Shown here: positions 49,953-57,891 of the stretch, in pieces
How the letters are laid out: every line of letters starts with the position of its first letter
Numbering within the stretch: position 1 is the first letter of the stretch
Origin: Desulfobacterales bacterium
GTDB lineage: Bacteria; Desulfobacterota; Desulfobacteria; Desulfobacterales; ETH-SRB1
Direction: 5' to 3'
NCBI GenBank assembly: GCA_030610995.1
Contig: JAUWQO010000001.1
Span: 11,947-75,946, forward strand
Length of the DNA stretch: 64,000 bases
The notes under the pieces: generated by a model
What the model was told of the DNA's origin: nothing
Seen by the model: the letters and a program-made list of their open reading frames with translations, nothing else
The model's database searches: none
Translations under genes and position numbers: made by a program

Positions 49953-51212
49953 ATGCATCATTTTAATTATCATAACAATGAAATGTATTGCGAAGATGTT
50001 CCGATACAGATAATTGCTCAAAAGGTCGGCACCCCTTTTTATTTATACAGCCATGCTACCTTAAAACGCCATTTCTCTGCCTTTAATGATGCCTTTGACG
50101 GCATGGAAAGGCTGATATGTTTCTCTGCAAAGGCAAATACAAATTTAGCTGTGTTGAAACTGTTCGCAAACCTTGGAGGCGGCCTTGATATTGTTTCACG
50201 AGGAGAACTTTTCCGGGGATTAAAGGCCGGGATTTCGCCTGACAAAATTGTTTATTCAGGTGTTGGAAAGCAGGTCGATGAGATCGACTACGCCCTTTAT
50301 AAAAATATATTGATGTTCAATGTCGAGTCCTTTGAGGAGCTTGAACTTATAAACCAGAGAGCTGGCTGGTATAAATTAAAAGCGCCTGTAGCTATTAGGG
50401 TAAATCCCGACGTTGATCCTAAAACCCATCCGTATATTTCAACCGGCCTTAAAAAAAATAAATTTGGTGTGGATTACAAGACGGCAATTAAAGCATACAA
50501 AATTGCAAACAGTCTAAAAAACATAAAAATAATCGGCATTGACTGCCATATCGGATCGCAGATTACCGAAACAGGGCCATTTGAGGATGCTCTCAAGAGC
50601 ATCAAGATGCTGATATATGAATTAAAAGATCTCGGCATAGAGATCAGATATGTTGACATGGGTGGAGGGCTGGGAATAACCTATCACGATGAATCACCTC
50701 CTCAGCCAAGTGAATATGCCGGATCCATAATTAAGCTGCTTAAAGGAATGCAGATTAAACTGATACTGGAACCAGGCAGGGTTATTGTCGGAAATGCTGG
50801 AATACTGGTTACCAAGGTTCTTTATAAAAAATCGGATGATGCAAAAGAGTTTGTTATAGTTGATGCAGGCATGAACGATCTGATACGTCCGGCATTGTAT
50901 AGAGCTTTTCATAATATAGAGCCGGTTGTTAAATCTGAAGGCAAATCGATAATTGCAGACATCGTAGGGCCAATTTGCGAAACAGGTGATTTTCTGGCTC
51001 TTGACCGTAAAATTGCCGACGTCAAAAACGGGGATTTTCTTGCGGTCATGAGCGCTGGAGCATACGGATTTACTATGTCATCAAATTACTGTTCCAGGCT
51101 GCGTGTACCCGAAGTAATGGTAAAGGATGACCTGTTTTATGTTGTAAGGGCACGGCAGGAATACGCAGATCTTATTGCAGGCGAGTCGATACCGCCGTTT
51201 TTGGAAAATTAA
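49953..51212 (+). CDS. lysA: diaminopimelate decarboxylase
   Basis: 419 aa. 'FSAKAN' PLP lysine context, 'GGGLGI', 'EPGR', 'CETGD'. Confidence 0.96.
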   Translation: MHHFNYHNNEMYCEDVPIQIIAQKVGTPFYLYSHATLKRHFSAFNDAFDGMERLICFSAKANTNLAVLKLFANLGGGLDIVSRGELFRGLKAGISPDKIVYSGVGKQVDEIDYALYKNILMFNVESFEELELINQRAGWYKLKAPVAIRVNPDVDPKTHPYISTGLKKNKFGVDYKTAIKAYKIANSLKNIKIIGIDCHIGSQITETGPFEDALKSIKMLIYELKDLGIEIRYVDMGGGLGITYHDESPPQPSEYAGSIIKLLKGMQIKLILEPGRVIVGNAGILVTKVLYKKSDDAKEFVIVDAGMNDLIRPALYRAFHNIEPVVKSEGKSIIADIVGPICETGDFLALDRKIADVKNGDFLAVMSAGAYGFTMSSNYCSRLRVPEVMVKDDLFYVVRARQEYADLIAGESIPPFLEN

Positions 51213-51329
51213 TCGTAACCATTCAGCCACAGATTCACCCCAGTACGATCATCCTGACCTACGGGGCAGGCACAGATGAACGCAGATAGCTTTAAATATA
51301 AAGAACCCACAAAACATTAATAATTATAT

Positions 51330-51443
51330 GTAGCCGTTCACGGCTTGAAACTTGAAATTGGAAAGTAGAAATTGGGAAGAACAGTATAAAAGCATGAAGC
51401 CCAAATTTCCAATTTCTAATTTCAATGTTCCGTAAACGGTTAC
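51330..51443. repeat. family C element, copy 3 (shorter)
   Basis: 'gtagccgttcacggcttgaaacttgaaattggaaagtagaaattgggaagaacagtataaaagcatgaag...ccgtaaacggttac'. Nested in the outer inverted repeat 'aaccattcagccacagat'/'atctgtggctgaatagtt'. Confidence 0.9.
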
Positions 51444-51496
51444 AAAATATCAGTGATGATCAGCGTATATCTGTGGCTGAATAGTTACAATTAATT

Positions 51497-52321
51497 ATGA
51501 AACATATTGAATTCTTTAAAGCAAGCGGCAGCGGCAACGATTTTATCATAATCGATAACAGGAACAGGATTATTGATGAAAAGAATCTGAAAAATTTTGT
51601 CGTAAATGTGTGCCGCAGAAAAATGTCTGTTGGCGCTGATGGATTAATATTGATAGAAGAGTCTGGTTTGGTTGATTTTAAGTGGCGATTTTTTAATTCT
51701 GACGGAAGTCAGCCGGAAATGTGTGGAAACGGAGCCAGGTGCGCTGCCAGGTTTGCATATCTAAACAAAATTGCCGGATCTAAAATGTCTTTTGAAACCA
51801 TCGCCGGTATTGTTTCTGCTGAGGTTAAAAATGACAGAGTAAAGATAAAAATGACAGATCCGTCAGATCTCAAGACAGATTATATTCTTGATCTGGAAAA
51901 TGGCCCGATTTCTTTGAGCAGTGTCAACACAGGTGTTCCGCATGTGGTTATAGTAGCGCTCAACCTGGATGATGTCGAAGTTGTCAGGCTTGGCAGGGAA
52001 ATCAGGTTTCATAAGAGGTATGCTCCTTCGGGCACAAATGTAAATTTCATACACCAGCAAAAAGACGGCATGATTGCAATCCGGACTTACGAGCGCGGAG
52101 TCGAAGATGAAACCCTGGCATGCGGCACAGGTTCGGTTGCAGCCGCCGTTGTTACGGCGGGCAAATCCGGGATAAAATCTCCAATAAATGTAATGACAAG
52201 AAGCGGAAATTCTCTTTATATTTATTTTAAGGAAAAAGAAGGAAAAATTTACGATACTTACCTTGAAGGTGATGCGCGTATTATTTACAAGGGTGAACTT
52301 TGGGAAGATGCGTGGAAGTGA
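51497..52321 (+). CDS. dapF: diaminopimelate epimerase
   Basis: '[15 protein letters not shown]', 'EMCGNGARC', 'ACGTGS'. Confidence 0.96.
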   Translation: MKHIEFFKASGSGNDFIIIDNRNRIIDEKNLKNFVVNVCRRKMSVGADGLILIEESGLVDFKWRFFNSDGSQPEMCGNGARCAARFAYLNKIAGSKMSFETIAGIVSAEVKNDRVKIKMTDPSDLKTDYILDLENGPISLSSVNTGVPHVVIVALNLDDVEVVRLGREIRFHKRYAPSGTNVNFIHQQKDGMIAIRTYERGVEDETLACGTGSVAAAVVTAGKSGIKSPINVMTRSGNSLYIYFKEKEGKIYDTYLEGDARIIYKGELWEDAWK

Positions 52322-52343
52322 ACGGGAGGACTATCAAAAAGTT

Positions 52344-53513
52344 ATGATCAAAATTGAAAAGTCAGACAGATTGAATAATCTTCCCCCATATCTGTTTAAG
52401 GAGATAGACAGGCAAAAGGAAGAGGTCAGAAAACAGGGCTTTGATATTATTGACTTGGGCGTGGGCGATCCTGATATGCCGACACCGCCGCACATAATTG
52501 AAGAATTAAAAAAAGCGGCGTCAGATCCGGCAAATCATAGATATCCATCATATACCGGCATGCATGATTTCAACGAGGCTGTTGCTCGCTGGTATAAGCG
52601 CAGATTCAATGTGGATCTTGATCCTGCAAAGGAAGTTGTAACGCTGATAGGATCCAAGGAGGGTATTGCACATATACCTCTTGCATTTATCAATAATGGC
52701 GATCTTGCTCTTGTGACAAGCCCGGGCTATCCGGTGTATGATATCGGCGTTAAGTTTGCCGGGGGGCAGACGTATTTTATGGATCTGTTAAAGCAAAACA
52801 ATTTTTTGCCTGATCTTGGAGCTGTGCCAAAAGAGACCGCCAGGAAAGCTAAAATGATGTTTATAAATTATCCCAACAATCCAACATCTGCTGTTGCGAC
52901 CAGGGAATTTTTTGAAGAAGCTGTTGCCTTTGCGGAATCCAATAATATAATTGTCTGTCACGATGCAGCCTATACCGAGATGGCTTTTGATGGATACAAA
53001 CCAAAAAGCTTTCTTGAGACCAGCGGCGCAAAACAGGTTGGAATAGAGTTCCACTCGCTTTCAAAAACATACAATATGACAGGCTGGCGTATAGGGTTTG
53101 CGGTCGGTAGAGCAGATGTAATAGATGCCCTTGGCCAGATAAAAAGTAATATCGATTCCGGTGCGTTCCAGGCAGTACAAATTGCAGGCATAGCTGCTCT
53201 GGAGGGAGACCAGAGCTGTGTTGAAAACATGAACAATGAGTACGCCGAGCGCCGGAATATACTTGTCGATGGGCTTGCCGACATGGGACTGGTTATAGAA
53301 AAACCCCTTGCAACATTCTATCTCTGGATCGAGGTTCCAAAGGAATATACTTCAGCAGAATTTGCAAGCCATCTTTTATTAAAGGGGGGCATAGTTGTGA
53401 CTCCTGGTAATGGATTTGGAGCAGCAGGAGAAGGATATGTAAGGATGGCTTTGACTGTAGGCAAAGAAAGGCTGAAAGAGGTTATTAAAAGAATTAGTTC
53501 AATTGGGCTCTAA
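52344..53513 (+). CDS. dapL: LL-diaminopimelate aminotransferase
   Basis: Start set to '[18 protein letters not shown]'. PLP site '[14 protein letters not shown]'. Lies next to dapF and lysA. Confidence 0.85.
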   Translation: MIKIEKSDRLNNLPPYLFKEIDRQKEEVRKQGFDIIDLGVGDPDMPTPPHIIEELKKAASDPANHRYPSYTGMHDFNEAVARWYKRRFNVDLDPAKEVVTLIGSKEGIAHIPLAFINNGDLALVTSPGYPVYDIGVKFAGGQTYFMDLLKQNNFLPDLGAVPKETARKAKMMFINYPNNPTSAVATREFFEEAVAFAESNNIIVCHDAAYTEMAFDGYKPKSFLETSGAKQVGIEFHSLSKTYNMTGWRIGFAVGRADVIDALGQIKSNIDSGAFQAVQIAGIAALEGDQSCVENMNNEYAERRNILVDGLADMGLVIEKPLATFYLWIEVPKEYTSAEFASHLLLKGGIVVTPGNGFGAAGEGYVRMALTVGKERLKEVIKRISSIGL

Positions 53514-54026
53514 ATGGAAAGCCATATTGCATATATTTCCATTGGGTCAAATATCGGGCACAAACTTGAAAACTGCAAAAACAGCCTAACCTCCCTGGCA
53601 GAATCGAAAACATCTGTTATAAAGAGCAGGTCTCCTTTTTACATGACAGAACCGGTTGATTATATAAATCAGGATTGGTTCGTAAATCTTGTTGTAAAGA
53701 TTGAGACCAGACTCGATCCTTTCCGGCTTTTAGATAAACTAAAATCAATTCAAAGCAATGCTGGCCGCAATCATAATGCCGAAAGGTTTGGCCCCAGAAT
53801 TCTTGATCTTGATATCATTATGTATGATGATTTTGTAATAAATTCACCCGAACTGATCATTCCTCATCCCAGGATGCATAAAAGACGCTTTGTTTTAAAG
53901 CCTATTTGTGATATAGCCCCACACATTGTTCATCCTGTTTTAAAAAAGGATATGCAATGCCTGTTAGACAGCCTGGATGATGATGGGCAAATGGTAAGAG
54001 AGCTGAAAGGGCATAATTTGATATAG
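53514..54026 (+). CDS. folK: 2-amino-4-hydroxy-6-hydroxymethyldihydropteridine diphosphokinase
   Basis: 'AYISIGSNIG', 'RFGPRILDLDII', 'IPHPRMHKRRFVL'. Confidence 0.93.
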   Translation: MESHIAYISIGSNIGHKLENCKNSLTSLAESKTSVIKSRSPFYMTEPVDYINQDWFVNLVVKIETRLDPFRLLDKLKSIQSNAGRNHNAERFGPRILDLDIIMYDDFVINSPELIIPHPRMHKRRFVLKPICDIAPHIVHPVLKKDMQCLLDSLDDDGQMVRELKGHNLI

Positions 54027-54293
54027 ATGCGGTTTTTAATAATATTAGCATTAATATACGTTGCATACAGGGCGATTAAGTCTTGGATGCTACCAACCGG
54101 CAAATCGAAAAATAAGGTTTCCCGCGAGCCTACCGGTGAAATTGACGATGTAATGGTAAAAGATCCTTATTGCGAGGTGTATTTCCCAAAGAGAAACGGT
54201 GTGCATTTAAAGATTAATGGAAAGGATCTGTATTTTTGCAGTACAGAATGCAGGGACAAATTTATTGCAAAACATTCGAAAAGGGATGTTTAG
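54027..54293 (+). CDS. small membrane-anchored Cys-motif protein (PP0621/TRASH-like)
   Basis: N-terminal transmembrane helix, then 'DPYCEVYF...FCSTECRDKF'. Family name recalled, not verified. Confidence 0.5.
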   Translation: MRFLIILALIYVAYRAIKSWMLPTGKSKNKVSREPTGEIDDVMVKDPYCEVYFPKRNGVHLKINGKDLYFCSTECRDKFIAKHSKRDV

Positions 54294-54306
54294 GAGGCTT
54301 TAACAG

Positions 54307-54960
54307 ATGAAATTTTTTATTGATACTGCAAATATAGAAGAAATAAAGGATGCCAACAGCATGGGCATGGTTGATGGAGTTACAACCAACCCCAGCCTGG
54401 TCGCAAAAGAAGGTCGTGATTTTGAAGAACTTATTATAGAGATTTGCGAAATTGTGGACGGCCCTGTAAGCGCCGAAGTTATCAGTCTCGATACTGAAGG
54501 CATGGTTAAGGAGGCTCGGCATCTTGCAACGCTTCATGATAACATAGTTGTTAAAATTCCTATAACGGTTAATGGAATAAAGGCTACATGCAAGCTTTCA
54601 GAAGAGGGAATAAAAATAAATGTCACCCTGGTTTTTTCACCGCTTCAGGCCCTTATGGCGGCAAAAGCGGGAGCTACTTATGTAAGCCCTTTTATCGGGC
54701 GACTCGATGACCTGTCTAATGAGGGTATGGTTCTGGTAGATCAGATTCTTGAAATTTACGGCAATTATGCATTTGATACGGAGATTATTGTGGCAAGTAT
54801 CAGGAATCCGATCCATGTGCTTGATGCGGCGTTAATCGGCGCCGACATTGCTACAATACCCTATAATGTACTTGCCAAGTTCGCGTCTCATCCACTGACA
54901 GACAAAGGGATTAAGACCTTTCTTGACGACTGGAACAGGGCAAAAAAAGTAATCAAATAG
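54307..54960 (+). CDS. fsa: fructose-6-phosphate aldolase / transaldolase type 3B
   Basis: '[14 protein letters not shown]...GVTTNPSL', Schiff-base lysine context 'VKIP', 'SPFIGR'. Confidence 0.93.
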   Translation: MKFFIDTANIEEIKDANSMGMVDGVTTNPSLVAKEGRDFEELIIEICEIVDGPVSAEVISLDTEGMVKEARHLATLHDNIVVKIPITVNGIKATCKLSEEGIKINVTLVFSPLQALMAAKAGATYVSPFIGRLDDLSNEGMVLVDQILEIYGNYAFDTEIIVASIRNPIHVLDAALIGADIATIPYNVLAKFASHPLTDKGIKTFLDDWNRAKKVIK

Positions 54961-54961
54961 A

Positions 54962-55528
54962 ATGCTTTCTAAAGACAAGATAAAAAGTTGGTTGAGTCAT
55001 CCCAATAGGTTGACTCTATACCGTATAGCGGCAATACCTGGCATTGTCCTTTTGTTGATGTTTCCAAACAGGTTTTGCACATTTATTGCGGCCCTTTTGT
55101 TCAGCGCGGCGGCAATTACCGATTATCTGGATGGCTATTTTGCAAGGCTTCATGGACTTGAATCCAAGTTTGGAAGGATTATGGATCCGGTTGCCGACAA
55201 GCTCCTGGCTTCTTCGGCCTTTATCATGCTATCCTCTCATGGCTGGGTTCCTGGATGGATTGTTTGCATAATTATAGGCCGCGAGATCGCCGTAACCGGC
55301 CTGCGTAATTTTGCCGTTGAAAACAGAGAGGATATTGCTGCATCAAGTCTTGGGAAATATAAAACAGGGTTTCAGATAGCAGCTATAATACCTCTTTTAT
55401 TCCATTATCCTTATTTTGGTGTAAATTTTCATGCAATCGGAACCATGTTTTTATGGGCGGCACTGGTATTGACGGTCTGGTCGGGCGTTGATTATTTTAT
55501 AAAGTTCAAAAAGCATCTCAAGATTTAG
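54962..55528 (+). CDS. pgsA: CDP-diacylglycerol--glycerol-3-phosphate 3-phosphatidyltransferase
   Basis: CDP-alcohol motif 'DYLDGYFARL....FGRIMDPVADK'. Confidence 0.92.
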   Translation: MLSKDKIKSWLSHPNRLTLYRIAAIPGIVLLLMFPNRFCTFIAALLFSAAAITDYLDGYFARLHGLESKFGRIMDPVADKLLASSAFIMLSSHGWVPGWIVCIIIGREIAVTGLRNFAVENREDIAASSLGKYKTGFQIAAIIPLLFHYPYFGVNFHAIGTMFLWAALVLTVWSGVDYFIKFKKHLKI

Positions 55529-55540
55529 CCCAATTTTTTG

Positions 55541-55567
55541 TTGACAAAATTGGTATTTTTGTAAAAT
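55541..55567 (+). promoter_or_regulatory. candidate sigma-70 promoter for the tRNA pair
   Basis: 'ttgaca', 15 nt, 'taaaat', lying 17 nt upstream of tRNA-Gly. The spacer is shorter than optimal. Confidence 0.35.
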
Positions 55568-55583
55568 ATCCATAAACCTCTGA

Positions 55584-55658
55584 GCGGGAATAACTCAGCG
55601 GTAGAGTGCGACCTTGCCAAGGTCGAAGTCGCGGGTTCAAATCCCGTTTCCCGCTCCA
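55584..55658 (+). tRNA. tRNA-Gly (anticodon GCC)
   Basis: Hand-folded cloverleaf. Acceptor gcgggaa/ttcccgc, anticodon stem cgacc/ggtcg, loop 'ttGCCaa', T-loop 'ttcaaat', encoded CCA. Confidence 0.93.
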
Positions 55659-55693
55659 CTTTTTGAGTTTTGGTATTTTGAGTTTTGGTTTTT

Positions 55694-55768
55694 GGCGGCA
55701 TAGCCAAGTGGTAAGGCAGCGGTCTGCAAAACCGCTATTCACCAGTTCGAATCTGGTTGCCGCCTCCA
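55694..55768 (+). tRNA. tRNA-Cys (anticodon GCA)
   Basis: Acceptor ggcggca/tgccgcc, anticodon stem gcggt/accgc, loop 'ctGCAaa', T-loop 'ttcgaat', encoded CCA. Confidence 0.93.
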
Positions 55769-55787
55769 TAAAATTTGATGGCATCAT

Positions 55788-55822
55788 AAAAAGTCACATC
55801 TATAGTTAAATTTGTGACTTTT
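55788..55822 (+). terminator. hairpin after tRNA-Cys (possible terminator)
   Basis: 'aaaaagtcaca' N14 'tgtgactttt'. The loop is long and the U-tract lies within the stem. Confidence 0.35.
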
Positions 55823-55879
55823 GCAAACCTCTCCATTGGTCTCCGGTTAGTATGAACCGCAACAGCGAGCGCATTCCCC

Positions 55880-55941
55880 TCCATTCTAAATTTTCAAGAG
55901 CTATTGCCAAAAATCTTGATCTTGAAAACCTCTATATCGCG
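55880..55941 (+). repeat. 62-nt duplicate of codons ~9-29 of the EndoQ-UvrD gene (left copy)
   Basis: 'tccattctaaattttcaagagc..gccaaaaatcttga.cttgaaaacctctatat.gcg' differs from 57917-57978 at 6 positions, mostly synonymous in the gene frame. Confidence 0.9.
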
Positions 55942-55981
55942 CCCCGTTATAACCCTTTCCGTACCTTGGGGACGCCCTCGA

Positions 55982-56079
55982 CTAATTAGACTTAGGGCTA
56001 TTTAACCGATAAAGCGTTTTAGCAATTGCAGAAGGCGACACCCCAGATGACGGCCGGCTTCAGTCAGCGAAACACCCAT
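55982..56079 (-). pseudogene. frameshifted remnant of a small helix-turn-helix protein
   Basis: Hand translation gives 'MGVSLTEAGRHLG' then, after a frame change, 'VSPSAIAKTLYRLNSPKSN*'. Looks like an HTH recognition helix, about 32 aa in total. Confidence 0.35.
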
Positions 56080-56173
56080 GATTTTATGCGTCTATTTTCT
56101 CATCCATAATCTTAATTTCATGCTAAACTGATATCGGATTTTGTGTGTTATAAATCTCTTGGCAATGCAATAG

Positions 56174-56272
56174 TTTTCCTTCAATATTGCAATATTGTAT
56201 TTTTGAAGGAAAACCAATGTCTTCTTGAAATGTTTTCCTTCGATTTATGAAAAAGAATTAAAAGAAGGAAAT
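56174..56272 (+). promoter_or_regulatory. two operator-like inverted repeats upstream of and overlapping the start of the NTase-fold gene
   Basis: 'ttttccttcaa' N18 'ttgaaggaaaa' (56174-56213) and 'ttttccttcga' N19 'agaaggaaat' (56233-56272). Confidence 0.4.
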
Positions 56273-56275
56273 CTT

Positions 56276-57280
56276 ATGATTTTCAAGGAAATGACTGACA
56301 ACCAGCGGCGTGTTTTTATTGATACTATACAGCTTTACGAAGCATTTGTAGCAGCATTTAATAAAAATAGGTCATACAGAGGCGGCATGCACTGGAAAAA
56401 GTCAAAAGGTCGCGAATATTTGTTTAGATCTCGAGATCGTTTTGGCTACGGCAAAAGTTTAGGGCCGAGATCTCCTGAAACTGAAAAAATTCTCGCCCAG
56501 TTTCAACAAAGCAAGCAGCGTGAAAAGGAACGTCTGTCAGCGCTCAAAGATCGGCTTAAAGAGCAGTCCAGATTCTGCAAGGCTGCGCTGATTCAGCGAG
56601 TACCTCGGATTGTTAGCAGTATTTTACGATTGCTGGATCAGCAAAATATTCTCGGTCGAAATGTAATGGTGATCGGCACCAATGCAATGTATGCCTACGA
56701 AGCATCTGCGGGTGTGTTTTTTGACATGGATATTCTATGGGATATTCGTCCGAAACTTATTCTTGTTGCTGATAAGGATATAGATAATACTGGCTTGTTA
56801 GGTATTATTCGAAAAGCGGATCGGTCTTTTGAATCTATCAGTCCGGGTGGATTCCGAGCTGTAAACCGTGATGGATACATGGTGGATCTGATAAAATCAG
56901 AACCAAAGCAGTTGCTCAGAAAGGAAACAAGGCGGATGGGCGGGCCGGATGATCTGGAAGCCGCTGAAATTCGGAATCTTCAATGGCTTATTTCTTCTCC
57001 GAAGTTTTCTCAGGTCGTCATAGGAGACGATGGATATCCTGCTTCATTAGTTGTTCCTGATCCACGGGTATTTGCCTTGCATAAATTATGGTTAAGTGAA
57101 CAAGCGGATCGTGAACCAGTAAAAAAGCAGCGGGATCATGATCAGGGGTTGGCGGTCGCTCAACTCATTATTCAATATCTGCCACAATATCAGTTTAATA
57201 CATCTGAGCTTCGCATGTTTCCAAAGGATGTGGTTCAGAAAGCAAAAGAAAAGATTTCAGATATGAAAGTTAGGGGTTGA
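56276..57280 (+). CDS. nucleotidyltransferase-fold protein (GSU2403 / NTP_transf_8-like, by recollection)
   Basis: 334 aa from the ATG, with AAGGA upstream. 'VMVIGTNAMYAYEASAGVFFDMDILWD' resembles a minimal NTase G[ST]..D.D core. Family assignment unverified. Confidence 0.55.
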   Translation: MIFKEMTDNQRRVFIDTIQLYEAFVAAFNKNRSYRGGMHWKKSKGREYLFRSRDRFGYGKSLGPRSPETEKILAQFQQSKQREKERLSALKDRLKEQSRFCKAALIQRVPRIVSSILRLLDQQNILGRNVMVIGTNAMYAYEASAGVFFDMDILWDIRPKLILVADKDIDNTGLLGIIRKADRSFESISPGGFRAVNRDGYMVDLIKSEPKQLLRKETRRMGGPDDLEAAEIRNLQWLISSPKFSQVVIGDDGYPASLVVPDPRVFALHKLWLSEQADREPVKKQRDHDQGLAVAQLIIQYLPQYQFNTSELRMFPKDVVQKAKEKISDMKVRG

Positions 57281-57588
57281 ATTTAGGCGTTTCTTTTTCA
57301 TTTGTTTAGGAAATCTATGGGACTCCTCAGTTTATAAGTTTATATCGTCAAGAAATGAATATAGATTTTCTTTTGCAATTTTCTTCCTGTCTTTACACAA
57401 ACTCCGAAAGAAACAGGTGGGCTGAACATATCCTGATACCTTCCTTTGTGATCAGATCAATATCCCCCCCGGCGCTCAACCCACCCGGTTAAGGGCGGCG
57501 ATATGCAAAAAAATAATCTCCAGTTGCCTTTCAGCATTACACATGATAAATTATTTTATAGTGTGTGAAAAGAATAAGGAGGAAAAAT

Positions 57589-57789
57589 ATGGCCACTAAT
57601 TTAGCAATTGACGACAAATTAATCGAAGAAGCCCGTTTAGTTGGTCTACATCGTACCAAAAAAGCAGTTGTTACTGAAGCGCTCATTGAGTACATCCAAA
57701 GGCGCAAACAGGTTGAAATTATTAACCTGTTTGGCACGATAGAATATAAGTCAGATTATAATTATAAAGAACAGTGGAAGGTTAAATGA
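57589..57789 (+). CDS. vapB: VapB-type (RHH) antitoxin, with no cognate toxin gene
   Basis: 66 aa. 'MATNLAIDDKLIEEARLVGLHRTKKAVVTEALIEYIQRRKQ', with AGGAGG upstream. Only 96 nt separate it from the next gene, and no PIN ORF is present. Confidence 0.7.
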   Translation: MATNLAIDDKLIEEARLVGLHRTKKAVVTEALIEYIQRRKQVEIINLFGTIEYKSDYNYKEQWKVK

Positions 57790-57891
57790 ATGATTTCAAT
57801 CATTATAAAAAATAAAATGCGTATCAAGGCTTTAAAATCGTTCGGTTTTGTAAATATTTCGGAAAATTCTTGAGTCTAATTTCAGGTGCTT

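Noticed and set aside
55852-55989. 45-codon ORF 'MNRNSERIPLHSKFSRAIAKNLDLENLYIAPRYNPF...' directly after tRNA-Cys.
   Set aside because: It consists of a dispersed repeat fragment ('gaaccgcaacagcgagcgcattcccc', compare 18150-18178) joined to the duplicated 62-nt piece of the EndoQ-UvrD gene. It has no RBS and is treated as a recombination scar.
57790-57885. Search for the VapC/PIN toxin partner downstream of vapB.
   Set aside because: Only 9- and 27-codon ORFs are present ('MNDFNHYKK', 'MISIIIKNKMRIKALKSFGFVNISENS'), and neither has PIN acidic motifs.
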